Below, in pieces: positions 20,801 to 29,774 of a stretch of 64,000 nucleotides of DNA. The notes below the pieces were generated by a model. The model searched no databases, was not told the origin of the DNA, and saw only the letters and a program-made list of their open reading frames with translations. The position numbers were made by a program, and so were the translations under genes. The first letter of the stretch is position 1. Each line of letters begins with the position of its first letter. The DNA is from Limnochordia bacterium (GTDB lineage Bacteria; Bacillota; Limnochordia; DTU080): assembly GCA_050951545.1 (NCBI GenBank), contig JBMNJG010000003.1, forward strand, positions 96,001-160,000. Direction: 5' to 3'.

Positions 20801-21516
20801 TATATTCAGCTCAGAATTGCCTCTCTGCGCCCGTGTTCGCTTGCGTCCGAATGTGGCCTGTATGCTGGCCTTTGGTTATTCTCGCCGACTTCGTGTTGTT
20901 CGCTGGTGTCGCCCCGTTTCCGGTCTATTGGCAGTACTGTGGCAGTACAAAATAACGCTTTGTCATAGGTGCGCCCGCTACCGATACCTGTTGCCGCGCG
21001 GTGAACAGTGGCGCGGCCTACTTTGTTTTCCGCGGCAACCGCGTCAATGGTTTTGGGCAAGTTATCACTTTGAGAACTTGCCGCCGCCCGCCCGCTCCCG
21101 CTCGTGCCGCCGCTCGGGCGCCCGCTACCGCCGTCCGCGCGGTGACGTGGGGCCTTGTTTGAACGTCGATGCGCATCCGTCCAGCTTGACTTCTCACTCC
21201 CGCGGTCCCCGCCGTGACTTTGCCGTCGTTCGCGCCGCCGGGTATTCCTTCCCGTCCGAACCGGTGACTGTTGCAGGTGTAGACATTTGTCTACACCTTC
21301 GGCTGTCGGTCTGCTCGCACCGTGTCATGTGGCTGAACCCCCAACCGCCCCGCAATGCGCCGCAGGCTCCAGCCTTGTTGGCAAACAAATGGCCTTCATA
21401 GACGCCGTTTTGAGCCACGCAAGAAGGGCGCAGGTGTAAAGAGTGCCCCACGCCGTCTACTCGCCTAGAAAGGGCCTTCCTGTGCGCCTGGCAGGGTTCT
21501 CGCTCGCCAGACAGGG

Positions 21517-21544
21517 GAAGCCCCAAGGTTTCCCCTGGGGCTTC
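21517..21544. terminator. hairpin at the end of the element's leftward operon
   Basis: GAAGCCCCAAGG-TTTC-CCTGGGGCTTC-type inverted repeat. Confidence 0.5.
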
Positions 21545-21572
21545 GCTACTCCGTCCGTTTTGTGAGCTACAC

Positions 21573-22405
21573 TCAGGCGCCTTCTGCTAGGTGCTTACCG
21601 AACTCCGCCGCGAATTCATCAAGCAAGGGGTTCGTCACCGGGCCGTCGTCCGTTACACCCTCCGCCCACCATGTGCTTGCATCTGCTGCTGCGCCCTTCA
21701 CCGCGTTCTGTAGCAATAGACGGTCAAAGCCGAGCTTGTCATCTGTGTTCTTGTGCAGCTCTTCCTCGTATTGCTCCGCTCTGGAAACTAGGTCTGCGTA
21801 CTTTGGGAAGGTCTCAGCGAACGCCGCTTCACTCAACTGCTCCAGCTCCGCCCGCTTCGTCGTGATGGTCCGCAAGGTACGGTTTTGGGCGTCGATTCGT
21901 TGCTCTTGCGTTTCAGGGAAGAAGCTGGGGCCTTCTGTCGATTGTGTCAGCTCCTCGATTCGCCTTAAGGCCTTGTCCATGTTGCGAATCCAAGCATAGC
22001 GCTGCGCCTTGTTGGTTGTGTATGTTGTCCCTTCCTTGAATGCCGCTACCACGTCATCGGGCTTGCGCGCTAGGTTAATCTTTGCCTCAACTTCCCGGTC
22101 AAAGATTAGAATCTCGTTGCCGAACTGCGAAGGGGAAACCAGGTCACTAGCAGACTGCCGGAAGTCTCGCGCCACCGCTTCGCAGTAGTTTTGAGCTTCA
22201 CGCGCTAGGGCTACACTGTCGCCATATGCCTTCTCTAGCCTTTGGGCCGCCTGGCGTAGCGCCTCGAACTGGTCGTAGCGCTTCAAGTGACATATCAGAG
22301 TAGTACCGCCAGCGCGGATTGGCAAACACCTGCGCCACGTCCTCCTTAAACTCGTCGATAGCCTGTTGGATAAGCGCCCGCCGTTTCTACGCTCCACAAC
22401 TCCAT
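21573..22405 (-). CDS. hypothetical helical/coiled-coil protein (5' end probably frameshifted)
   Basis: 274-aa ORF; a plausible N-terminus (MELWSVE/KRRALIQQAIDEFKEDVAQ) lies in other frames after the RBS at ~22420. Confidence 0.6.
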
Positions 22406-22674
22406 TGCCACCACTCCGCTCCTTGTTGGTTTAGCGCCGAGACCGGGTTACCGCCAGTCCCGCCGGTCCCTTGCTTGTTTGGTGCCCACAAGCCGCCGCG
22501 GTCGCGCAGGGAACCGTCGATAACCTCATCAATGTTCGCCACGCCGCCCTTGTCGTCAAGCTGAACCTCGCCTTTGTGCAGGGCAACGATACTCTGGGGA
22601 GACTTCGCCCCGTGCTCTGCCGCCTTCGCCACCAATGCCGCCTTAACGATTGCGTCCTTCTGCCACTGCTCCAA
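22387..22674 (-). CDS. phage scaffolding protein-like (GP20-like C-terminal region)
   Basis: KAALVAKAAEHGAKSPQSIVAL...VQLDDKGGVANIDEVID...LW...GTGGNP resembles scaffold C-termini; AAGGAGGT RBS before TTG 22674. Confidence 0.55.
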   Translation of the reverse strand: MEQWQKDAIVKAALVAKAAEHGAKSPQSIVALHKGEVQLDDKGGVANIDEVIDGSLRDRGGLWAPNKQGTGGTGGNPVSALNQQGAEWWQWSCGA

Positions 22675-22687
22675 CCTCGCCACCTCC

Positions 22688-24172
22688 TTAGCGCTCATCA
22701 CCTGGAACGTGCTGAACACTGAACTCGTAGACATACACACCGTCCCGCCGCGCCCGTTTGCGCATGGTCTCCATCTGGTAAAGCAAGCTCGACACTTGGG
22801 AGTCTTCGTCACTCCAAGCAGGAGCAAGGTTAATCCTGCCCGTCTCTAGGGTGCCGACCTTGTGGGCTTGCTCCTCCGCCGCTAGGGCCGCCAGGGCCAC
22901 CGCCGTAACGTGGTCGTCGTGCCCGCCGGAAGGATGGTCAAGCCGCCAACTGTTGCGGTTTTGCACTACTTGCAGGCGCCGCAGCTCTTCCATCAGCTCT
23001 TCATGTGGATAGCACTTCAACAAGCCGTCCCGAATGAGTTGAAGCAGGTGGCTGTCGAGCTTTTGCCGGAAAGCCGTGGTAAAGCGCTGGTCTACGCATC
23101 GCAGACCACTTGCCTGCAAGCGCTCCACCAAGCCTGCCGCTTGCCAGAAGTCACAGGAAACTACCAACCTCTTGAACGCGCGATTCACTAGCAGGAGATC
23201 GTCCTCAACGTCCGAAAGAAGCACCCGCTCTTCTCGCGAACCTTGCCACGTCCTCAGACTGTCAACCACCGTCTTTTGCCCTTCGCGGTGAACAATTGCT
23301 CGCACCGTTCTGTCATGCACTAACCCCAGATCGACACCAACGAAATACGCAACGCCATGCTTGCCCTCCACCTGCCGGGTTAGAGTGTTGTCGAACACCC
23401 CCTGCACCTCGTCTTCTGTGAGCACAGAACCAGATGAGCTGACCCATTCGTTCAGGTGTAACCGCCGGAAAACCTCAGCAGGTAATAGGCGCCGCTGCTC
23501 CTCCAACCATTCCTCTTTGATCCAACTGGCACACTGGCCGCGGCTCTTGAAGTACCAGCCTGGCGTGTTCTGTGCCAAGTGGTACAGCTCTTCGGACCAA
23601 TGCCCAATCACTCCGCAGGTTCCGATAGTCACGAACCGGCAACCTGGAACCTTGCCTGTTGCTGAGAAAAGCGCATCGAATAGGCGCCTGTCGGGCCATT
23701 CGGCAAGCTCATCGCAGCATATCCAGGTGGGTAGAAGCCCGTAGGCCGAAGGTGCGTCCGACGATAGCACCGTTAGTCTGGCGCCCGTTGCTGGAACCGC
23801 AATGCCGTCCTTAGTTATCTCTGCGTTCATCGCCAGGAGCTGCGTCCGCCGAATGTAGCCTGTAGCCAGCTCATGCAGCAGACTAGCCTGGTCCTTGTCC
23901 ACCGCTGCTGCATAAAGACGCCCGCCCTTGGGGCCTAAAAATAGCTCCGCCACACACTCCGCCGCCAGGTCCGAGGTCTTACTGTGGCCGCGAGGTCGCC
24001 AAATGGAAGCATTCGGCAAGTCCTGCCGCCTGTCGAGCGCCGCCAAGTCCTCCGCTTGCCAGGGTTCCAGGGAGGCGCCGTAAGAGCGCCCGTCAGGCAA
24101 GACTAGCACCTCCCGCCGGAATGTCATTCTGTCATCCTTCCAGCGCTCTAGCGCCGCCGTTAGCCGCTCCAT
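22688..24172 (-). CDS. phage terminase large subunit
   Basis: Walker A-like RPRGHSKTS, Walker B ICCDE, IGT coupling motif, RNase H-like GVDLG...HDD; GGAGGT RBS. Confidence 0.88.
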   Translation of the reverse strand: MERLTAALERWKDDRMTFRREVLVLPDGRSYGASLEPWQAEDLAALDRRQDLPNASIWRPRGHSKTSDLAAECVAELFLGPKGGRLYAAAVDKDQASLLHELATGYIRRTQLLAMNAEITKDGIAVPATGARLTVLSSDAPSAYGLLPTWICCDELAEWPDRRLFDALFSATGKVPGCRFVTIGTCGVIGHWSEELYHLAQNTPGWYFKSRGQCASWIKEEWLEEQRRLLPAEVFRRLHLNEWVSSSGSVLTEDEVQGVFDNTLTRQVEGKHGVAYFVGVDLGLVHDRTVRAIVHREGQKTVVDSLRTWQGSREERVLLSDVEDDLLLVNRAFKRLVVSCDFWQAAGLVERLQASGLRCVDQRFTTAFRQKLDSHLLQLIRDGLLKCYPHEELMEELRRLQVVQNRNSWRLDHPSGGHDDHVTAVALAALAAEEQAHKVGTLETGRINLAPAWSDEDSQVSSLLYQMETMRKRARRDGVYVYEFSVQHVPGDER

Positions 24173-24377
24173 TACCGCCACCTCCCAACTCCCGCAAACA
24201 CTCTCGCAGACAGGCAATTAACTGTCCTTCGCCTTCTTGCGCTACACTCTGGGCAACCATCCGCGCCACAGGATTGGTTGTCGCTTCTAGGCCTTTCAGA
24301 GTATCAATGAGTACGCCGATAACATCGGTCATGTCCACCTGCACCGTCTCACCCGTTCTCAGTCTGAGCGAAGCCAT
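24132..24377 (-). CDS. hypothetical protein
   Basis: 81-aa ORF with GAGGTG RBS within the terS-terL operon. Confidence 0.6.
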   Translation of the reverse strand: MASLRLRTGETVQVDMTDVIGVLIDTLKGLEATTNPVARMVAQSVAQEGEGQLIACLRECLRELGGGGNGAANGGARALEG

Positions 24378-24481
24378 TGCCGCCACCTCGCCTTAAGATA
24401 CGCTTGCACATGACGCCGCTTCAGGCGCCACACAAGCCCCAAGCTCCCGCCGATGATTCCAGCCACCACCTGCACTGCCAT
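24359..24481 (-). CDS. small hypothetical protein (40 aa, hydrophobic N-terminus)
   Basis: AGGAGGT RBS; MAVQVVAGIIGGSLGLVWRLKRR...; overlaps the downstream gene. Confidence 0.5.
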   Translation of the reverse strand: MAVQVVAGIIGGSLGLVWRLKRRHVQAYLKARWRQWLRSD

Positions 24482-24493
24482 GCTCAGCACCTC

Positions 24494-24625
24494 CTACGCT
24501 GTCTTGCCCTTCGTCTTGCCGGGTACCATGCGCTTGCCGCACTTGGTGCAGATCGGCGCCGTCTTGCCGATGTACACCGTCACCGCCCGCTTACACTTGG
24601 GGCATGAGTACGTCTTGGCAGCCAT
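24494..24625 (-). CDS. small zinc-ribbon protein (43 aa)
   Basis: AAGGAG RBS; MAAKTYSCPKC...ICTKCGKRM. Confidence 0.65.
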   Translation of the reverse strand: MAAKTYSCPKCKRAVTVYIGKTAPICTKCGKRMVPGKTKGKTA

Positions 24626-24641
24626 GTGCTCGCTCCTTCCG

Positions 24642-24824
24642 CTAGGCCGATTCAACTAGCCTGCTCCTGTGCTGGTGCCCACAAGACAAGCAGCGAAGCT
24701 CCACAAAGGTAATGCCTGCAAGCTGTGGCGCCACACACTGTTTGCGCCGCTCCCGACAAGACTTAACGCCACACTCCGGACATCTAAGCCAAGTGTCAGT
24801 AATCTCGAATGTGCGTTTACGCAT
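24642..24824 (-). CDS. small zinc-finger protein (60 aa)
   Basis: CPECG...CLSCG; start overlaps the terS stop. Confidence 0.65.
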   Translation of the reverse strand: MRKRTFEITDTWLRCPECGVKSCRERRKQCVAPQLAGITFVELRCLSCGHQHRSRLVESA

Positions 24825-25314
24825 CGCGTTCCGCCTCCTTTCGACGTGTCTCCAGCTCAGCCAAGGCCTCAGCAAGTCCTGCCGCTCGCCCCTGTGTGAG
24901 TCCTAGCTTCGCCCGTGATGCCGGGCTTAGTCCTAGACGGTCAAGGAGCTTGGCTGCCGTCTCAATCGCTTTGAGCTGCATCTCCACCACAGGACGCAGC
25001 TTCCCCTGATCGTTGACAAGTCCGTGCTGCGCTATATACTCCTCAGCTTGCATCACCTTGCGAATCGCTACCGCCGCCAGCTCCAAGGCAACCTCGTCCG
25101 CAGGTCGTAGGTGTGAGATGTTATCACCTGCAAGCAAGTCCTTGATCTGTTGCGACACTGCCTGCACCTCGGGCTGTCCCGGGTTAATAACCGTCACCCC
25201 GTGCTGGTCTCGTTTCTCTCTAAACGGTTTCAGGTTGGCCAGCGCCCGCGCCTTGCCTTCTGGCGTCTTGGGTCCGCCCTTCCCCTTGCCTTGTTTCTTG
25301 CCTAGTTGTGTCAT
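24817..25314 (-). CDS. terminase small subunit-like protein (P27 family-like)
   Basis: GPKTPEGKARALANL N-terminus, P....Q....LGLSPASRAKL C-terminus; upstream of terL. Confidence 0.8.
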   Translation of the reverse strand: MTQLGKKQGKGKGGPKTPEGKARALANLKPFREKRDQHGVTVINPGQPEVQAVSQQIKDLLAGDNISHLRPADEVALELAAVAIRKVMQAEEYIAQHGLVNDQGKLRPVVEMQLKAIETAAKLLDRLGLSPASRAKLGLTQGRAAGLAEALAELETRRKEAERDA

Positions 25315-25334
25315 GTCAGCACCTCCGATGCTCT

Positions 25335-25359
25335 TCTATTGGCAGTACTGTGGCAGTAC
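25335..25359 (+). repeat. 25-bp exact copy of the att-arm repeat at 20924-20948 (tandem TGGCAGTAC; also 30974-30993)
   Basis: TCTATTGGCAGTACTGTGGCAGTAC at both loci. Confidence 0.9.
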
Positions 25360-25512
25360 GCCGTCCGTACACCGCTATTTGATGGGCTTTTTTCGCGACG
25401 TCTTAGGTGACTACTATGTGTTCGTACGCTTGTTCCCCCATGGGGAAGGCCGCCAAAACGTGCCCGCCTGCCAGCTAAGGACCTGTAGGCGCCGTCACGT
25501 TCTACTCGTGTT

Positions 25513-26055
25513 CTAGCTGCCGGGTTCTGCTCGATACGCAACGTTGTCAATCCTTTCTAATCCGTGCCCGTCGGTGAACAGTGCCCGCCCAAGGGCCGTG
25601 CAGAACCAGGTGGTATCGGGCGTGCCACCATCCACCTTCGTCACCATGACACCTGCCACAAGCAGCTTCGCCTTGATGACACTGTGTAGCTCGCCCGCTG
25701 GCAGATTCGCATCAATGACTAGCATGACTTCATCCATGGCGAAGGCTACTGTGCCATTGTCCAGGTGCTGCCGGGCCGCCGCCACGTCCCTGCATAGCGC
25801 CACCTGCTCGCCTAGTGCCGCCGAATCTAGTAACGCCCAACCCCTCGCATGGAGTTGCCGGGTAGCTTCGGCAACGTCCTCCGCTGTCGGGCCTCGAAGC
25901 AACTCCATCAATGCAGGCTTGTGGCGCCGTAGTGCTTCCCGCAGCTCGTCCGTCACCGCGCCCTGCGGGTCAGCTACCACGCGCAGCTTGTCGCCGTTTA
26001 CCGATAGCTCGATGCCACGCCGTCTACACTCCATCAGCAACTGCATGGGTGTCAT
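25513..26055 (-). CDS. hypothetical protein with a TubC N-terminal docking-like domain
   Basis: LLMECRRRGIELSVNGDKLRV...LREALRRHKPALMELL; start overlaps the helicase stop. Confidence 0.7.
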   Translation of the reverse strand: MTPMQLLMECRRRGIELSVNGDKLRVVADPQGAVTDELREALRRHKPALMELLRGPTAEDVAEATRQLHARGWALLDSAALGEQVALCRDVAAARQHLDNGTVAFAMDEVMLVIDANLPAGELHSVIKAKLLVAGVMVTKVDGGTPDTTWFCTALGRALFTDGHGLERIDNVAYRAEPGS

Positions 26056-27800
26056 AGCTCGAACACCTCCGAAGCCTTATTCCCCTCCGCGGCAGATAGT
26101 GTGTGTTTTCTTGCGTCAGATGTGTCAGTTGCGTCAGACATACCTTGTAAACCGCGCAACGAAGGGCTTTTCCTGTCTGACGATGTATCTGACGCAAGTA
26201 TGTTCGATGATGGGTTTGCGTCAGACGTTGCGTCAGACGCAGAAACCCCGTTGTTATCGCCTTTAGGGGCCACATCTGACGCATCTGACGTGTCTGACGC
26301 TACTTTGTGGGTACTATCTATCCTCACAAGTCGGGTCCCCTTTTTGTCGCCGGCGCGCCTGTCCAGGTCAACATTAATGCCAACCTGTCGCAAAGCCGTA
26401 GAGCTTCGCCGCAACCGGTTAGACAGACTTCGGGCCGAACCGGGCCACGTTTTGGCGTTTCGCATCTTATCGCTCGCGTGGTCCTCCAACTCATCCAATA
26501 GCTCCGTCATGGTGCCCTCGAAGCCGTCCGGTTTGTGCTTCAAAAGCTCACACACCGTGAATGCTACTGCGTCACTTTCGATGCCAAGATCTACGGCCTC
26601 GGCGCGGTTCTCGGCATACGCCTTAAGCGCTGTGCCCTCGGGCCACCCGAAAGCCTCTTCTGCTGCCGTTGCCCACACCGCAAAGTCAGCCATGCGCGGC
26701 TTGCGCGGCAGGTGGACAGAATCCACTCGCCGCAGCGCGGTCGATACGCCATCAAGCAACGCACCAAACACCCGCGGGCGAACAAGCTCCCAATCTCGCC
26801 AGAAAGTTGCCTCGGTTTTCCTCTCAGCATCGGGTATGGGTGGCAGAACCAAATTTAGCGAACGGTCTGCTAAGTCATGACGGGTTGCAATGTCGTCAAT
26901 GCCGTTAAGAATCACGGGCCGCTGGTAGTCGAACAGGGCTTCTTCGCTGTCTGTGTACAGCTCACGCGTTGCGAATCCGCCGCCCGTTGCCACGCGACAG
27001 ATAGCATCCGACAACCACACAGGAACACCCGACAAGTTGTCCAAACAGACCAACCAAGCGTTACTAGCATGAATCGCCAAATCCCGTTCGTTGCGCGGCG
27101 CCGTTCTAAGGGGTACGCTCGATGGGTCAATCAACGAAACCAATACCCGCGCCGTTATGCTTTTTCCCGAACCCTGTTCGCCTAGCAGAATCCATACAGC
27201 GTAGGGGCCGGTAGGTCGGTAGCACGAAACTAGCCCAGACACCACCAATACCCTTTGTCCTTCGTCGGGTATGTTGACGAAAGGCCACAGCTCATCGATG
27301 CTCCCGCCCGCCACAGGGTGAGGAAGGGGCGCCATGCCCCGCCCGCGCCGAAAGCGCACAGGAGGGTTAGATATGACTCGCCAACCTGTAGCGGTCACCT
27401 CTACCGCCTCCCAAGCATCGTTAGCCAAGTCAATATATATGCACCCCTGCGCCTCGCCCACGCGGATAAAGACGTTGTGCTGTTCGCCTTTGTAGCAAGC
27501 AATCGCAGTAATGGTGTTGCGCGCATCGGTCATCGCCTGCGAAGACGGGCCGTTCTCGTGCTGTTCGTAATATGTCGCCTCTAGCCATCGCCTAAAGCCG
27601 CTAGACATCACGGGCCAATGTTCCCGATGCTCATCACAAGTTACAGTCGCCCAAGGCTCGAAGTCCTGCGTGTGCCATAGCTCCGCTGTCTTGGCAATCT
27701 CAATCAGCAGTTCCCTTTGAGTAGGCTTGCCCTTCGCGGATTCGTCGTCTTGCTGCTCCTTCGCTTTGGCCAATGCATCCAGTCCGTCCAGCTCTTGCAT
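26052..27800 (-). CDS. P-loop NTPase / SF3-like replicative helicase
   Basis: Walker A GEQGSGKS, Walker B VCLDN, ILNGI, DLADRS arginine finger, C-terminal winged-helix-like region. Confidence 0.85.
   Translation of the reverse strand: MQELDGLDALAKAKEQQDDESAKGKPTQRELLIEIAKTAELWHTQDFEPWATVTCDEHREHWPVMSSGFRRWLEATYYEQHENGPSSQAMTDARNTITAIACYKGEQHNVFIRVGEAQGCIYIDLANDAWEAVEVTATGWRVISNPPVRFRRGRGMAPLPHPVAGGSIDELWPFVNIPDEGQRVLVVSGLVSCYRPTGPYAVWILLGEQGSGKSITARVLVSLIDPSSVPLRTAPRNERDLAIHASNAWLVCLDNLSGVPVWLSDAICRVATGGGFATRELYTDSEEALFDYQRPVILNGIDDIATRHDLADRSLNLVLPPIPDAERKTEATFWRDWELVRPRVFGALLDGVSTALRRVDSVHLPRKPRMADFAVWATAAEEAFGWPEGTALKAYAENRAEAVDLGIESDAVAFTVCELLKHKPDGFEGTMTELLDELEDHASDKMRNAKTWPGSARSLSNRLRRSSTALRQVGINVDLDRRAGDKKGTRLVRIDSTHKVASDTSDASDVAPKGDNNGVSASDATSDANPSSNILASDTSSDRKSPSLRGLQGMSDATDTSDARKHTLSAAEGNKASEVFEL
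26113..26300. repeat. mirror-symmetric array of ~10 GCGTCAGA/TCTGACGC iterons (putative origin)
   Basis: Copies at 26113, 26122, 26131, 26176, 26188, 26218, 26230, 26275, 26284 and 26293. Confidence 0.85.
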
Positions 27801-28417
27801 CACGCCACCCCCTCTGCATGGCGTTTGGCGACCCAATTGACGATGCCAAGCACCTCATATGCAGGAACAGGTGGCTCACATCGCATCCATGCCCACGCAA
27901 CCACCAATGCCGCCGTAACGTATGGGTCGACACCTCGGGCCAGTAGACTTCCGCTCAGAGATCGAATCGTCTTGTAACGGTCATCGCCCGTAGCTCCTAG
28001 AATGACATGCCGCCTCCAACCGTCAAGAGGGGAATGCAACTCCAGCGCTAGGGGAACAGGTTGCCGTCTTGGTTCATCGGGTTCACCCGCCGCTGTGATC
28101 GCCGCCGTGATAAGCTGCTCCAGCTCTTTATCGCCTAGAAGAAGGCCATGCTGTTGCTCTAGCTCAGTGAGAATTTCGCGCAAAATAGGCCGCGGTACGA
28201 AATACCGGGCCAGGCATTCAGCCACATGGATAAGGCGCTGCTTACCGTCCTTCCGGGCCGTCTCGCTAGAGCCGGTCTCCTCGCGCAGCAGGTCCATGAC
28301 TACCCGTTCAGCTACGGGTTCAGGTGCGCCGTTGTCGCAGCATGGCCGCGAATAAGCGCACATTCGCCTTCGCCTGTGGTAAACTGGTGGTGTGTCGCTG
28401 TCTCCACATGAAGGCAC
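27800..28417 (-). CDS. primase C-terminal (PriCT-like) domain protein
   Basis: GDDRYKTIRSLSGSLLARGVD...CEPPV...EV resembles PriCT-1; start uncertain. Confidence 0.6.
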   Translation of the reverse strand: MPSCGDSDTPPVYHRRRRMCAYSRPCCDNGAPEPVAERVVMDLLREETGSSETARKDGKQRLIHVAECLARYFVPRPILREILTELEQQHGLLLGDKELEQLITAAITAAGEPDEPRRQPVPLALELHSPLDGWRRHVILGATGDDRYKTIRSLSGSLLARGVDPYVTAALVVAWAWMRCEPPVPAYEVLGIVNWVAKRHAEGVA

Positions 28418-28477
28418 CTCCTGGCGCCACCGTTACCGCGGTGGCGCTCTGTCGTTGTTGTCGTTGTCAACAATGCA

Positions 28478-28690
28478 CTAACCATCACACTGCACCAACC
28501 CTCTGGCAGCCAACTCCACCAAGGCTTTCCTTGGGACTCGCCGGGAATTGCCGATCTTGACGTAAACCAACTCACCACTAGACATAAGCTGGTAAACCCT
28601 GGTCCGCCCAAACCCCAGCCACTCGCACGCCTCGTTCACCGTCATCAGTCCGTCTGACAAAAGAGCTTCCGTTCCTTTCTGCGCCTTCAT
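28478..28690 (-). CDS. excisionase-family helix-turn-helix protein
   Basis: LMTVNEACEWLGFGRTRVYQLMSSGEL..VKIGNSRRVP; AGGAGG RBS. Confidence 0.88.
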   Translation of the reverse strand: MKAQKGTEALLSDGLMTVNEACEWLGFGRTRVYQLMSSGELVYVKIGNSRRVPRKALVELAARGLVQCDG

Positions 28691-28818
28691 TATGGATAAC
28701 CCCCTCCTGTTACGTGTTGGTATGCGTTCACCATAACACACATGGACAAATTAGGCAACATGTGTTACTGTGTTTTTAGCGTAACGGCAACACCATTCAG
28801 CGATAGGAGAGGATTGCC

Positions 28819-29770
28819 ATGCCGAATGAACCTGTGTTCTTTGCCTGGAGTGTGCCTACGAGCGGCTACAAGTGGACCGACGCCAAGACGGTGGAAGGGA
28901 GAACCGGGCCGTTTTCTGATAGCACACCGGAATGTGACCGGAAAAGTCAAACGTTACCAGCCACTGCAACTGCACTCAGCGCTTTTTCGGTCGTTTGCGG
29001 ACATCACACCAGACAGAGGACGACATCCTGCTCATTTGCTAATGAGTACGGAAGGCTTACTGCACCGGGCGAGATGCTTATAGTGCCATCGGAAAGGAGC
29101 CCCAGAGAAGGCACCCTCGATGCCGGGGAACCGCTCTCGTTGTGGGTGTCTGAAATTGCTGATATGAACCAAGCGCTTACCTTGTGGGATATGGCGCAGG
29201 ACCGCGATGTTACTGGCCTTAGCGATTTCATTCACTGGTCAGGGAACAGTGTGCATTACGATAGTGGGCCAGGGCTAGAACGAACCACCAGGACCGTTGC
29301 ACACCTTGACGAGGAACCCCGCCTGAGTCGGTATTCTGCTGCATGGTGATCTTGTTACCCCCGCCCTCTTCCAGGTCCAACACGTTGTAAACCAGCACCT
29401 TGAAGGGCGACTATCGCCAAAGGTACTTTGGGACACAGACTATACGCACTTGAACCTGCACTTCATGCCGGAATCGCTCATAGGCGCCCTTTGGCTGCAG
29501 TTCGCCCAAGCCATTGACGGCAACAAGACTTACCGCCGTTGTGACGAATGCCGGGCATGGTTTGAGCTTTCGCCGGAGGTAGCGCGCACAACCAAACGCT
29601 TCTGCTCAAATGCCTGTAGGGTAAAGGCCTACCGCAACCGTAAAGCTACCGCCCGCCAACTCCATAGCAAAGGGGTTCGGATTGAAGAAATAGCTACCCG
29701 CCTTGACTCCGATCCTGAAACGGTTGCAGGTTGGGTATCCGACACTGAAGGTAACACAAAGGAGGAATGA
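28819..29770 (+). pseudogene. CGNR zinc-finger (ABATE-like) regulator with C-terminal HTH, multiply frameshifted
   Basis: Pieces in different frames: YQPL...ALFRSFADI, FANEYGRL, LIGALWLQFAQAI..RRCDEC...RFCSNACRVKAYRNRK. Confidence 0.7.
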
Positions 29771-29774
29771 CGGC

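Noticed and set aside
25544-26880. Long plus-strand ORFs (240 and 259 aa)
   Set aside because: Antisense shadows of the helicase and TubC-N genes in GC-rich DNA, with no motifs
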